The notes beneath the pieces were generated by a model that worked only from the letters and a program-made list of their open reading frames with translations, was not told where the DNA came from and ran no database searches. A DNA stretch of 64,000 bases, taken from Spirochaetota bacterium (GTDB lineage: Bacteria; Spirochaetota; UBA4802; JAFGDQ01). Location: contig JAZDKB010000006.1 in the NCBI GenBank assembly GCA_043803405.1, forward strand, positions 64,001 to 128,000, in the 5' to 3' direction. Made by a program: the position numbers and the translations under genes. Shown piece by piece: positions 49,247 to 59,489 of this stretch (positions are counted from its first letter, which is position 1; each line of letters opens with the position of its first letter).

Positions 49247-49780
49247 ATGGGTGAAGACGAAAAGAATGAAGTATCTGTAGAAGAAGAGGAGGGTACGGGT
49301 GTCGAGGAAACTCCGGCAAGTACTTCTCCTTCAAAAATAATAAAAATATTGTTCTATGTTGTCGGTGCCGTTATTGTCCTTCTCCTGGTGATAGTAGTTT
49401 CCTATTTTGTAAGTAAAAATGTTCAGGAACAGAAAGCTGTGAGAGAGCAGGCAATCATTGTTGCGCCGCCTCCGCCGCCTTTGGCAAATTTTGATCTCCC
49501 ATCGTTTTCGACTACTACAAATGATGTTGAACCGCATTTTATTAAATTGACGTTGTCATTAGGTTATGAGGACAATCTGGAGTTGAACGCGGAGCTAGTC
49601 AGAAGAGTGCCTCAGTTCCAGCATATTATCAATGTGTTGTTAAGCGGAAAAAGGTACGAGGACCTTGATTCTGCCGAGAATAAAATAAATCTTTCAGAAG
49701 AAATTAAAGCTCATTTAAATGTAATTTTGATTTCCGGAAAGATAAAAGAAGTTTATTTTAAAGAAATCATTGTTAATTAA
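49247..49780 (+). CDS. fliL: Flagellar basal body-associated protein FliL
   Basis: Single TM helix; C-terminal G.IKEVYF; flagellar context. Confidence 0.88.
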   Translation: MGEDEKNEVSVEEEEGTGVEETPASTSPSKIIKILFYVVGAVIVLLLVIVVSYFVSKNVQEQKAVREQAIIVAPPPPPLANFDLPSFSTTTNDVEPHFIKLTLSLGYEDNLELNAELVRRVPQFQHIINVLLSGKRYEDLDSAENKINLSEEIKAHLNVILISGKIKEVYFKEIIVN

Positions 49781-49932
49781 TAATATTCAGCTGAGACTAA
49801 ACAAATAATAAAACACAAGAATAGCTAGCTTTTTAACTATTATACAGTTAATAAAAAACAATTATTGAGTATTTTCTGAATTAGCGGATGCCGATAATTC
49901 ATATATAATCTGCTTAATTCAGGAGGAAAAAA

Positions 49933-51000
49933 ATGGGTGACGGATCCTTATCACAAGATGAAATAGATGCCCTGTTGCAAGGCGCTGATGATATGTTATC
50001 TACTTCTACTGCGGCACCTGTTATGGATATGCCGCAGAAATCCAGTCCGCTTTCACCTGTAGAGAAAGATGTCCTGGGCGATCTGTTGAACACTACAATG
50101 CAGGGTGTTGTTCCATCTCTTGCCGGATATTTAGGCAAGGATATTATTATTAGTAATGCAACAGTTGAGGTAAAATCACAGGACAGCATAAGAAATGATT
50201 TTAAAAAGAAATATGTTCAGTTGCCAATTGATTATTCCGGCGGATTTAATGGGAAGAACTTAATAATATTTAACTTTTCAGATGCGGAAGTAATTTCTTC
50301 ATTAATGATGGGTGATGATTCAGGTGCCCGTCCTGCCGAGTTGACCGAAGCCCATCAGAGCACAATCCAGGAATTTGTTAATCAGATGCTTTCATCGGTC
50401 GCAACCGGCTTCAGCAATAAATTCGGACGGCCAATTAATACATCGCAGCCTATGCTGTCTATTGTGCAAAATCCGTCGGAGCTTCAGTTGCCTCCGGGCC
50501 GTGATCTTGTAAAAATTACCTATAACATCAACATCGAAAATCTGGTTAATTCCAAATTTTATCATATTATGGAACTTCCTCTTGGTACTGATCTTTCAAA
50601 GACCAGAGGTTCCTCCGGGGCAGCCCCTCAACAGGGTATGCAATCTCATAGTTATGATGCAGTAGAACCTACAGGGCAGCAGGTAGGAATAAATCCCGTT
50701 AAATTTCCGCCTTTGGGCGAGAGCGTGCCGTATGGAGCCGGAAGCAACATATCGTTGCTGATGGATGTTCCGATGACGCTTACTGTAGAGCTCGGAAGAA
50801 CAAGACAGCTTGTACGCGACATTCTTGGTCTGGGAGAAGGATCGATCATTGAACTTGATAAATTAGCCGGTGAACCGGTCGACCTGCTGGTAAACGGAAA
50901 ACTGATTGCCAAGGGCGAAGTTGTTGTAATTGATGAAAATTTCGGAGTCCGTGTAACGGATATTGTCAGCCCGGCGGAAAGAGTGAATAAAGTTCAATAA
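49933..51000 (+). CDS. fliY: Flagellar motor switch protein FliY (CheC-like plus FliN domain)
   Basis: LSQDEIDALL N-terminus; QEFVN; LLMDVPMTLTVELG...ENFGVRVT. Confidence 0.9.
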   Translation: MGDGSLSQDEIDALLQGADDMLSTSTAAPVMDMPQKSSPLSPVEKDVLGDLLNTTMQGVVPSLAGYLGKDIIISNATVEVKSQDSIRNDFKKKYVQLPIDYSGGFNGKNLIIFNFSDAEVISSLMMGDDSGARPAELTEAHQSTIQEFVNQMLSSVATGFSNKFGRPINTSQPMLSIVQNPSELQLPPGRDLVKITYNINIENLVNSKFYHIMELPLGTDLSKTRGSSGAAPQQGMQSHSYDAVEPTGQQVGINPVKFPPLGESVPYGAGSNISLLMDVPMTLTVELGRTRQLVRDILGLGEGSIIELDKLAGEPVDLLVNGKLIAKGEVVVIDENFGVRVTDIVSPAERVNKVQ

Positions 51001-51082
51001 ATTATCTTTATATTTATAATAGTTACTTTATTAAATTATCTTATTAAGAGACATAATACATCTGCGGTTGTGAGGGTTTAAA

Positions 51083-51817
51083 ATGCTTTTTACGGCTTTC
51101 GGAAGAATTAAGGAATATATTGCCTTCCCATTTGCGGTCATTTTTTTTGCCTCTGTTTTTATATTATGTCCCATTAAACACTATGCTGAAGAAAAACCCG
51201 TAAAAGAGAAAATCACCACCGATAGCCAGAATAAACAAAGCGGAAATACCGGGGAAAATAATAACAAAACAACAGCTGCCGAGAACTCGCTTTATGATTA
51301 TGAGAGACCTACTGTTGAAGAGGAATCTTATGTTTGGCTGTTTTTTAAAACACTGATTGTACTGGCTATGCTTGTCGGAGGATTTTATTATTTTTACAGG
51401 TTTGTGACAAAAAAAACAGGTATTCAGAGCGTCGGCAGGGAAGTAATAAGGATATTATCGATAGTGCCTGTAGGTCAGAATAAATTTTTACAAGTAGTAG
51501 ATCTTGCCGGAAGAATAATGGTAATAGGAGTTTCCGATTCAAATATAAATCTGATAACCGAAATAAAGGATAAAGATGAAATTGATAGAATAAGGATTCT
51601 AAGCTCAAAGTCCAGTCCTGTGCAGCCTGGCGGATTTCAGGAATATGTTTCAAAATATGTTTCCAGGCTATTTAAAAAGGATGCCGGCATTAATGAATTT
51701 AGTGATAAAGAAAACATAGAAGCTTTTAATCGTGAAACTGAGACCGACCGGCTGGATTTCTTAAAAAAACAAAGAGAAAGATTAAAAAAGATTAACGGTA
51801 AAAATGATGAGTTATAA
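51083..51817 (+). CDS. fliO: Flagellar biosynthesis protein FliO
   Basis: TM helix plus VGQNKFLQVVDLAGRIMVIGVS; immediately upstream of fliP. Confidence 0.85.
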   Translation: MLFTAFGRIKEYIAFPFAVIFFASVFILCPIKHYAEEKPVKEKITTDSQNKQSGNTGENNNKTTAAENSLYDYERPTVEEESYVWLFFKTLIVLAMLVGGFYYFYRFVTKKTGIQSVGREVIRILSIVPVGQNKFLQVVDLAGRIMVIGVSDSNINLITEIKDKDEIDRIRILSSKSSPVQPGGFQEYVSKYVSRLFKKDAGINEFSDKENIEAFNRETETDRLDFLKKQRERLKKINGKNDEL

Positions 51818-52598
51818 GAAAATATTTTTCATTATTATTTTTACTGTTTTGTTTTCGGTTTGTCTCTCATATTTTTTTTCAGGTAATCTTTATGCACAGA
51901 ACTTAGGCGGCGGCGTAAGGATGCCCATCCCGAAAATTACATTTGATATTAAAGAAGCCGCTTCACCTAAGGATGTAGCACTAAGTCTTCAGGTATTATT
52001 CTTATTAACCATACTCACTCTTGCACCGGCAATTATGCTGATGATGACTTCTTTTACCAGGATAGTAATTGTTCTCGATTTTGTTAAAAGAGCTCTGACA
52101 TTACAGCAAATGCCTCCCAATCAGGTAATTGTGGGGCTTGCTATTTTTCTTACACTTTTCGTAATGTCTCCGACTTTTGTTGAAATAAATGATACTGCAC
52201 TTCAGCCGTATTTAAAAGGTAAAATAAATAATGAGCAATTTTTCGATAAGGGGATAAAGCCTTTACGCAAATTCATGTTAAAACAGACAAGGAAGAAGGA
52301 CATTGCCCTGTTTATTGATCTGGCCAAGCTTGAAAAGCCAAAGAACGAAGATGCCGTTCCGACGCATTGCCTGATACCGGCATTCATGATTAGCGAACTA
52401 AAGAGGGCTTTTGAGATGGGCGTGTATCTGTTTTTGCCGTTTATGGTTATTGACATGATTATTGCAAGTGCGCTTATGGCAATGGGTATGATTATGCTTC
52501 CTCCTGTAATGATATCATTGCCGTTTAAATTAATTTTATTCGTTCTTGTCGACGGGTGGAATCTATTGATATATGAACTGGTCAGATCATTCAGATAG
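51804..52598 (+). CDS. fliP: Flagellar export protein FliP
   Basis: MMTSFTRI, PPNQV, ISLPFKLILFVLVDGW motifs. Confidence 0.97.
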   Translation: MMSYKKIFFIIIFTVLFSVCLSYFFSGNLYAQNLGGGVRMPIPKITFDIKEAASPKDVALSLQVLFLLTILTLAPAIMLMMTSFTRIVIVLDFVKRALTLQQMPPNQVIVGLAIFLTLFVMSPTFVEINDTALQPYLKGKINNEQFFDKGIKPLRKFMLKQTRKKDIALFIDLAKLEKPKNEDAVPTHCLIPAFMISELKRAFEMGVYLFLPFMVIDMIIASALMAMGMIMLPPVMISLPFKLILFVLVDGWNLLIYELVRSFR

Positions 52599-52651
52599 AA
52601 CGAATGACTTATTTCTGGCTGGGATAAATAATAAATTTATGGTGAAAAAAA

Positions 52652-52924
52652 ATGACGGATGTTGATGTAGTCATAATGTTAAGAGAAGCGTTGATGACTG
52701 TGCTGATTGTTTCCGCGCCGATCCTGGGCGCAGGCATGCTTGTCGGATTGGTTATTGCTATTTTTCAAACTACTACTTCAATCCAGGAACAGACATTGAC
52801 ATTCGTTCCGAAAATGATCGCTATCTTTGCGACAATTATTTTACTTTCTTCCTGGATACTGCGTACCCTGGTTAATTATACAAAAAACGTATTTTTAATG
52901 ATAGAGAAGATTGGAATGGGATGA
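52652..52924 (+). CDS. fliQ: Flagellar export protein FliQ
   Basis: FQTTTSIQEQTLTFVPK. Confidence 0.97.
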   Translation: MTDVDVVIMLREALMTVLIVSAPILGAGMLVGLVIAIFQTTTSIQEQTLTFVPKMIAIFATIILLSSWILRTLVNYTKNVFLMIEKIGMG

Positions 52925-52928
52925 ATAA

Positions 52929-53705
52929 ATGCAATATTTTATAAACCATTTTCAGATTTTTTTACTGATAATGATGAGACTGACTTCAATGATGATAATA
53001 GCCCCATTTTTTTCAAGTGGGGTTATTCCATTTAGAATTAAAGCGTTAATAGCATTTTTTATTACTTTAGTGATTTTCCCTACTATTGCAAAAGAGGGTT
53101 ATGTTATTCCCGTTGATATGGGAGCATACTATTTACTGGTGCTTAAAGAAGTTTTAATAGGACTTTTTATTGGTTTTCTGGTTTCACTGATTTTTACGGC
53201 TTTTCAGCTTGCAGGTGAATACTATTCGGTTCTTGTGGGATTTGGAATCAGCGAAGTAGTGGACCCTCTTGCTCAGGTTTCGCTACCGCTGCTGGGACAA
53301 TTAAAGAACCTGGTCGGTTTGATTCTTTTTCTTGTTATTAATGGTCATCATTTTCTTATAAAGGCGATATATCGTTCTTATGAATTGATTCCTGTAATTA
53401 GTTTAGGGCCGGTAAACAAAGGATTGCTTAATTTTGTAGTATATTCAATGGGGGGGATGTTTGTAATTGCATTGAAAATAGCATTGCCGGTTCTGGCTAC
53501 TGTTTTTCTTGTCGAGGTCAGCCTTGGAATATTAGCCAAAGCTGCGCCACAGATGAATATTTTAATGCTGGGATTCCCTATAAAAATAGCAGTAGCCTTC
53601 GGGATTTTAATATTGATTAGTCCGCTTATCATAAGAATTATGTATGTATCGCTGGAAAGAACGTTTCAGTTTATATCCAAAGTGCTTTTGCATTGGCCGA
53701 CTTGA
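52929..53705 (+). CDS. fliR: Flagellar export protein FliR
   Basis: NGHH, KAAPQMNI..GFPIK motifs. Confidence 0.95.
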   Translation: MQYFINHFQIFLLIMMRLTSMMIIAPFFSSGVIPFRIKALIAFFITLVIFPTIAKEGYVIPVDMGAYYLLVLKEVLIGLFIGFLVSLIFTAFQLAGEYYSVLVGFGISEVVDPLAQVSLPLLGQLKNLVGLILFLVINGHHFLIKAIYRSYELIPVISLGPVNKGLLNFVVYSMGGMFVIALKIALPVLATVFLVEVSLGILAKAAPQMNILMLGFPIKIAVAFGILILISPLIIRIMYVSLERTFQFISKVLLHWPT

Positions 53706-54934
53706 TCAATATTTTTAATTATAACGATAAATCGTACGAAGTGATTTTAAAAGATAAAATGATAAAAAATATTAAAATTACAATTGATGAACTGCTTCTA
53801 TTAAAAGACCTGGAAAAATTCAGGTTTGATCTGCAGTTATTTGCTGCAGAAGATGAAGGAAGGACTGAGGAGCCTACTGAGAAGAAACTGAGGGAAGCGC
53901 GTGAGCGGGGACAGGTTGCCAAGACGCACGAACTGCCTCAATCCATTGTGGTTATTTTCGGCTTTTTAGTAATATTTTTTTTAGGTTCATGGCTGTATCA
54001 CAATTTTGTTCAAATGACTACTCATTATCTCGGATCGTTTTCCAAAGCTGAGATTACGGAAAGAAGCATTTTAATTGAATTTGCTCATATGGTTATGTTT
54101 TTTACAAAGACGCTGATGCCTATATTTATTGCAGTTTTAGTTGCGGCTATTCTTGGTAATATTGTGCAGGTCGGATTCCAGCCGTCAGCGCATCCTTTAA
54201 AATTTGACTGGAGCAAAATGAAGTTCGATCCTGCTACAATATTTAAAAAGACATTTTTTTCCAAACAGATTGCGATGAATCTTTTTAAAACTTTGTTTAA
54301 GGTTATTATGACCGGATTAATTGCATATTTAATAATAAAAGCCGAATATGATGTTATTTTAAAAAGTCCGGATATTTCAATTGGTCTTGCGTTCAGGGAT
54401 ATATCCATAATTGCATTAAAAATTATACTCTGGTCGTCAGTCCTTCTTCTTATCCTCTCTATTCCGGATTATATTTTTCAGAAAAGAGAATTTTTAGAGT
54501 CATTAAAGATGACCAAAGAAGAGATGAAAGAAGAATTGAAAGAGACTGTAGGCGATCCGTACATTAGAGCAAGGCTTAAGGAAATGCAGAGGGAAATTGC
54601 CACCAGGAATATGATTAAAGAGGTTCCAAAGGCGGATGTAGTAGTTACCAATCCGACTCATTTTGCAGTAGCGCTTCAATACGACAATATTTTAATGGAA
54701 GCTCCGAAAGTTTTGTCAAAAGGTGTAGACAGCATGGCACTCAAGATAAGGCAGATAGCAAAGGAAAACAATATAATGATAATTGAGAACCGTCCTTTGG
54801 CGCAGGAACTTTATTTTACTCTGGATGTCGGGGATATTATTCCCGAAAAATTATTTTATGCAGTATCTTTAGTGTATGCTGAATTCTATAAACAGAAAAA
54901 CGCCCAGGATTTAAAGCATAGAAAATTTGCATAA
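53693..54934 (+). CDS. flhB: Flagellar export protein FlhB with N-terminal extension (start TTG 53693 or ATG 53759)
   Basis: RTEEPTEKK, NPTH autocleavage site, ENRPLAQ. Confidence 0.95.
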   Translation: MADLINIFNYNDKSYEVILKDKMIKNIKITIDELLLLKDLEKFRFDLQLFAAEDEGRTEEPTEKKLREARERGQVAKTHELPQSIVVIFGFLVIFFLGSWLYHNFVQMTTHYLGSFSKAEITERSILIEFAHMVMFFTKTLMPIFIAVLVAAILGNIVQVGFQPSAHPLKFDWSKMKFDPATIFKKTFFSKQIAMNLFKTLFKVIMTGLIAYLIIKAEYDVILKSPDISIGLAFRDISIIALKIILWSSVLLLILSIPDYIFQKREFLESLKMTKEEMKEELKETVGDPYIRARLKEMQREIATRNMIKEVPKADVVVTNPTHFAVALQYDNILMEAPKVLSKGVDSMALKIRQIAKENNIMIIENRPLAQELYFTLDVGDIIPEKLFYAVSLVYAEFYKQKNAQDLKHRKFA

Positions 54935-55013
54935 TTAGATTTTATTGAATATTACATATTAAATCGGTTTATTGGAAAGATAAATAATTTAAATCATATT
55001 AGGAGTTGCCTGT

Positions 55014-57131
55014 ATGGCGGCCAATAAAGGGAAGGGAGGATTCTCTTCGCTGTTTACTGAAAATATTCAGTGGATGCAGAAATCCGATATTCTTATCGGT
55101 ATAGGCATTATTACGATCGTAGCAATGCTGATTATTCCATTGCCAACACTCCTTCTTGATTTTCTTTTAACAATAAGCGTTATGACCGGTTTGCTTATAT
55201 TGATGATTGTTATGTTCGTACGAAGGGCATTCGATTTCTCAATATTCCCAACGCTTTTGCTTGTTACGACTGTTTTCCGGCTGGCTTTGAATGTATCTAC
55301 TACCAGGCTGATACTTTTAGAAGGCGCGGCATTTGACGGGAAAATAATCAGGGCGTTCGGTGATTTTGTAGTCAGCGGAAATTACGTGGTCGGATTTATA
55401 ATATTTATTATTCTGGTGGCTGTCCAATTTATTGTTATAACAAAAGGAGCAACGCGCACAGCAGAAGTAGCAGCAAGATTTACACTGGATGCCATGCCAG
55501 GCAAACAGATGAGCATTGACTCGGATCTCTCCAACGGATTAATTACCGAAGACGAAGCCAGATTAAGGAGGGTTGAAATACGAAAGGAAGCGGATTTTTA
55601 TGGTGCAATGGATGGCGCTTCAAAATTCGTTCAGGGAGATGTCAAAGTAGGAATAGTTATAACATTGATCAATGTTATCGGCGGATTTATAATAGGCATG
55701 GTAATGCGGGGAGAGAGTTTCCAGCTTGCATTAAAAACTTATACGTTGCTTACTATCGGGGATGGATTGGTTAATCAGATACCTTCTCTCCTGATTACCA
55801 CGGCTACCGGTATAATAGTCACGCGGGCTATATCCGAGGAAAGCCTCGGTGAAGATATTGCAAAGCAGATGGGAATGCACCCGAGAGCGCTGCTTATCAC
55901 GGCAGGAGCAATTGGTGCTTCGTCGATAATACCCGGATTCCCGACAATTACAACACTGGTGATTGCGGCAGGGCTGGGCGCTCTCGGATACTTTATGCTG
56001 AAATCGAAAGAGGAAGAGTCAAATAAAATCAGCAAAGAAGAAAAAGAGGCGCAGCTTAAAGAGCATAAGCCGGAATCGGTACTGCCATTAATACAGGTCG
56101 ATCCGCTTGAAGTTGAAATCGGATACAGTCTTATACCTCTTGTTGACCCGGAGCAGGGAGGAACTTTGCTCGATAGAATAACAAATATCAGACGGAGATC
56201 GGCTCTGGATATGGGATTGATTGTACCGCCTATAAGAATTCGGGATAATATGGAGCTTGATTCTTCGACATATTCGATTCTTATAAAAGGTGTTGAAGTT
56301 GGCAGCGGAAAACTTCAGGTCGGAAAACTTATGGCGATGGATCCGGGTACGGTCAAAGAAAAAATACAGGGAGATGAGTTCGTAGAACCTGTTTTTGGAT
56401 TAAAAGCTATCTGGATAAATCCTGACGCAAGGGATGAAGCAGAAAAGAAAGGTTATACGGTTGTGGACTGTCCTACTATTACAGCAACGCATTTGACCGA
56501 ATTAATCAAGAGACATGCTGATGAAATTCTCGGAAGACAGGAAGTTAAACAACTGATAGACAACATCAAACGGGATTATCCTATGGTAGTTGACGAAATA
56601 CTGACCGAGAAGAAGCTGTCCCTCGGAGAAATTCAGCAGATACTTCAAAATTTACTGCGGGAACGGGTCTCAATTCGAAATATGGTTACCATACTTGAAA
56701 CAACTGCCAGCTATGCAGACCGCACTGGCAGAAATATCGGGTTAATAACCGAATATGTACGTACATCTTTATCAAGGCAGATTTGTAAAACATATATTGA
56801 TAAAGATAATTCTATCTCAATAATAAGCCTTGATCCTGAGATCGAAGACATAATTGCATCATCAATTCATGATGACCCTATAGAGGGGAATATTTTAAGT
56901 ATAGATCCCGATACGCATAGAAGTATAATGGACTCCGTAATAAGTGCGTATAATAATGCAAAGGAGCAAGGATACATGCCGATTTTCCTTGTGTCACCCA
57001 GGATCAGAAGTGTAACTTTTTCTTTGCTGGAAAGGGATTTGCCGGATTCAATAGTGCTTTCCTATAATGAAATAAGTCCGGACATCAGAGTTAATGTAAT
57101 TGGATCAGCGCTGCTGCGGTCGGCAGCATAA
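55014..57131 (+). CDS. flhA: Flagellar export protein FlhA
   Basis: EVAARFTLDAMPGKQMSID, FYGAMDGASKFV motifs. Confidence 0.98.
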   Translation: MAANKGKGGFSSLFTENIQWMQKSDILIGIGIITIVAMLIIPLPTLLLDFLLTISVMTGLLILMIVMFVRRAFDFSIFPTLLLVTTVFRLALNVSTTRLILLEGAAFDGKIIRAFGDFVVSGNYVVGFIIFIILVAVQFIVITKGATRTAEVAARFTLDAMPGKQMSIDSDLSNGLITEDEARLRRVEIRKEADFYGAMDGASKFVQGDVKVGIVITLINVIGGFIIGMVMRGESFQLALKTYTLLTIGDGLVNQIPSLLITTATGIIVTRAISEESLGEDIAKQMGMHPRALLITAGAIGASSIIPGFPTITTLVIAAGLGALGYFMLKSKEEESNKISKEEKEAQLKEHKPESVLPLIQVDPLEVEIGYSLIPLVDPEQGGTLLDRITNIRRRSALDMGLIVPPIRIRDNMELDSSTYSILIKGVEVGSGKLQVGKLMAMDPGTVKEKIQGDEFVEPVFGLKAIWINPDARDEAEKKGYTVVDCPTITATHLTELIKRHADEILGRQEVKQLIDNIKRDYPMVVDEILTEKKLSLGEIQQILQNLLRERVSIRNMVTILETTASYADRTGRNIGLITEYVRTSLSRQICKTYIDKDNSISIISLDPEIEDIIASSIHDDPIEGNILSIDPDTHRSIMDSVISAYNNAKEQGYMPIFLVSPRIRSVTFSLLERDLPDSIVLSYNEISPDIRVNVIGSALLRSAA

Positions 57132-57177
57132 TTATTATGTTTTAATCTGGAAAATATGTGAGGAGGAATCTAATTAA

Positions 57178-58524
57178 ATGAAATATGTTAAAATAAAATC
57201 AGGGACATATAATGAAGCAATGATGAAGCTTCGTATGGATTATGGAGAAGATGCTATTCCGGTGAGTCATAAATATGTTAAGGAAGGCGGTATACTTAAT
57301 TCAAAATTGTTCGCGAAAAATGTCGTTGAATTAACTGCTGCTATACCCGAGAAAAATAATAATTTTAAAATGAAATCCGCAAAAAAAAGCCTAGTCGATT
57401 ATACTGTTTCAGATTCAGAAGCAATTAAAGAAAGTCTCAGGGCAATAAATAAAAGTCATGATCAGGTAAAAACGTCGCCAAATATCGTATCTGAAACACA
57501 AAGAACATCCCTTGATTCACTTTTATTAAAAAACACGGCAACCCATAATATTAAGGACACATTCGCAGCCGGCAAGTCATCTTCAGGTTCTATCCCGGAT
57601 GAAAAGGAAAGTAATTCAGACATTAAAAGATTTGAAAAGGAATTTGATGAGATTAAATCCACATTAAAGAAGCTGCTGGATGAAAGCAATGGGAAAAGAA
57701 TGGTTTTTTCGCAAACGCAGGAAGATGATGAAGTAGTAAAACCTTATGTTAATATGCTGAAAGATAATGATTTCGACTATGATGAGCGTACTTTTATCAT
57801 CGAAGAAATAAAGAGGACAATTAGTCCGGAGGACATGAAAGATAAATATAAAATAGAGAAAAGTCTCAAGGATTTATTAAAAAATAAAATAATTACAAAC
57901 GGTCCTATTAAAAAAGGTATTAAGAAAAAAGTAATTATGTTTATCGGTCCTACTGGGGTCGGCAAAACAACGACAATGGCCAAGTTGGGCGCTATTTACG
58001 CACTGCGTGAAGATTACAAGGTGGCCTTTGTAACAATCGATACATATCGAATAGCTGCAACAGAACAGCTAAAAAAATATGCCGGTATTATGAAAATTCC
58101 TATTCATGTTGTTAATGATCAAAAGTCATTTAAGGATGTGATAAATAATGAAAAGTCGGAAATAATTTTAGTCGATACATCCGGACGCAGTCATAAGAAC
58201 GACTTAAAAATTTCGGAAATGAAAACGTATGCTGATATGGTAGAACATGATTTTGAAAAAATTTTATGTGTCAGCGCAAACACGAAGAAAAATGATCTGA
58301 GGGATATTTTTAAGTCGTTTGCAAAAATTAATTTTAACAGTGTGATTATTACAAAAGTCGATGAATCATCATATATCGGCAGTGTAATTGATATTGCCGA
58401 TAAATTTAAAAAACCGATTTCATATTATACAAACGGACAGGAAGTTCCGAATGATATTTATGTTGCCGACCCCAATAAAATTGTAGATATGATTATCGGT
58501 CAGAGTACATATGTTGGAGGATAA
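57178..58524 (+). CDS. flhF: SRP-type GTPase FlhF
   Basis: GPTGVGKTTT, DTYRIAA.EQL, DTSGR, TKVDE, GQEVPND motifs. Confidence 0.96.
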   Translation: MKYVKIKSGTYNEAMMKLRMDYGEDAIPVSHKYVKEGGILNSKLFAKNVVELTAAIPEKNNNFKMKSAKKSLVDYTVSDSEAIKESLRAINKSHDQVKTSPNIVSETQRTSLDSLLLKNTATHNIKDTFAAGKSSSGSIPDEKESNSDIKRFEKEFDEIKSTLKKLLDESNGKRMVFSQTQEDDEVVKPYVNMLKDNDFDYDERTFIIEEIKRTISPEDMKDKYKIEKSLKDLLKNKIITNGPIKKGIKKKVIMFIGPTGVGKTTTMAKLGAIYALREDYKVAFVTIDTYRIAATEQLKKYAGIMKIPIHVVNDQKSFKDVINNEKSEIILVDTSGRSHKNDLKISEMKTYADMVEHDFEKILCVSANTKKNDLRDIFKSFAKINFNSVIITKVDESSYIGSVIDIADKFKKPISYYTNGQEVPNDIYVADPNKIVDMIIGQSTYVGG

Positions 58525-59407
58525 AGTGGATCAAGCTTCGAATTTACGTAAATTAGTAATACAAAATAAAAAAGATTATAAGACAAGAACTATTGCCGTT
58601 ACAAGCGGAAAAGGGGGAGTAGGGAAGTCAAGCCTTTCCGTCAGTCTGGCAATTGCGTTGGCACAGGGAGGGGCATCAGTAACACTCCTGGATGCAGATT
58701 TAGGGCTGGCAAATATTAATGTTATTCTTGGTATTATCCCCAAGTTTAATCTTTACCACGTTATAAAGGGCAAGAAAAAATTAAAAGATATAGTAATAGA
58801 TATTCCGGAAGGAATTAAGATAATTGCAGGTGCATCCGGATTTCACCAACTGGCGAATCTGGATTCAAAACAGATCGGAGATTTTATTCAATCTGTATCG
58901 GAACTTGATACTGACGATTTCATGATAATCGATACAGGCGCGGGAGTATCACAGAATGTCCTGCGTTTTGTAATCGCAGCTGATGATATTCTGGTTGTAA
59001 CTACTCCTGAGCCGACCGCAATAACAGATGCCTATGGAATAATTAAGTCAATTGCATCGCAGTCGCCGGATAAATCGGTTAAATTAATAGTAAATCGGGT
59101 TAACTCCGCTTCAGAAGGGAAAAGAGTGGCTCAACGGGTAATAACTATAGCAGGTCAGTTCCTGAACATGAAGGTTGAAAGCCTTGGGTTTATTTTTGAT
59201 GATATGTATGTACCTAAATCAATAAGAAATCAAAAACCATTTATAGTTAGTTATCCCAAATCAAAGGCATCGGCATGCGTTTTCATGATTGCAAATCGTA
59301 TTTCCAATAAAGAAATATATTCCCGGAAAGGCTCTGGTATGGCGTCTTTCTTTAAAAATCTATTTTCATCTGAAGAAGAAAGCGATGAATCTGTAAAAAT
59401 AACTTGA
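58511..59407 (+). CDS. flhG: MinD-like ATPase FlhG/FleN
   Basis: DQASNLR N-terminus; SGKGGVGKS; DADLGLAN; TTPEPTAITDAY. Confidence 0.93.
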   Translation: MLEDKVDQASNLRKLVIQNKKDYKTRTIAVTSGKGGVGKSSLSVSLAIALAQGGASVTLLDADLGLANINVILGIIPKFNLYHVIKGKKKLKDIVIDIPEGIKIIAGASGFHQLANLDSKQIGDFIQSVSELDTDDFMIIDTGAGVSQNVLRFVIAADDILVVTTPEPTAITDAYGIIKSIASQSPDKSVKLIVNRVNSASEGKRVAQRVITIAGQFLNMKVESLGFIFDDMYVPKSIRNQKPFIVSYPKSKASACVFMIANRISNKEIYSRKGSGMASFFKNLFSSEEESDESVKIT

Positions 59408-59489
59408 TTTGTTTTTAAATAATTATATATACTTAAATTGTATTAATATTATTAAAAAATAATTTTGGGGAAAACGAGATTTAATCAAA

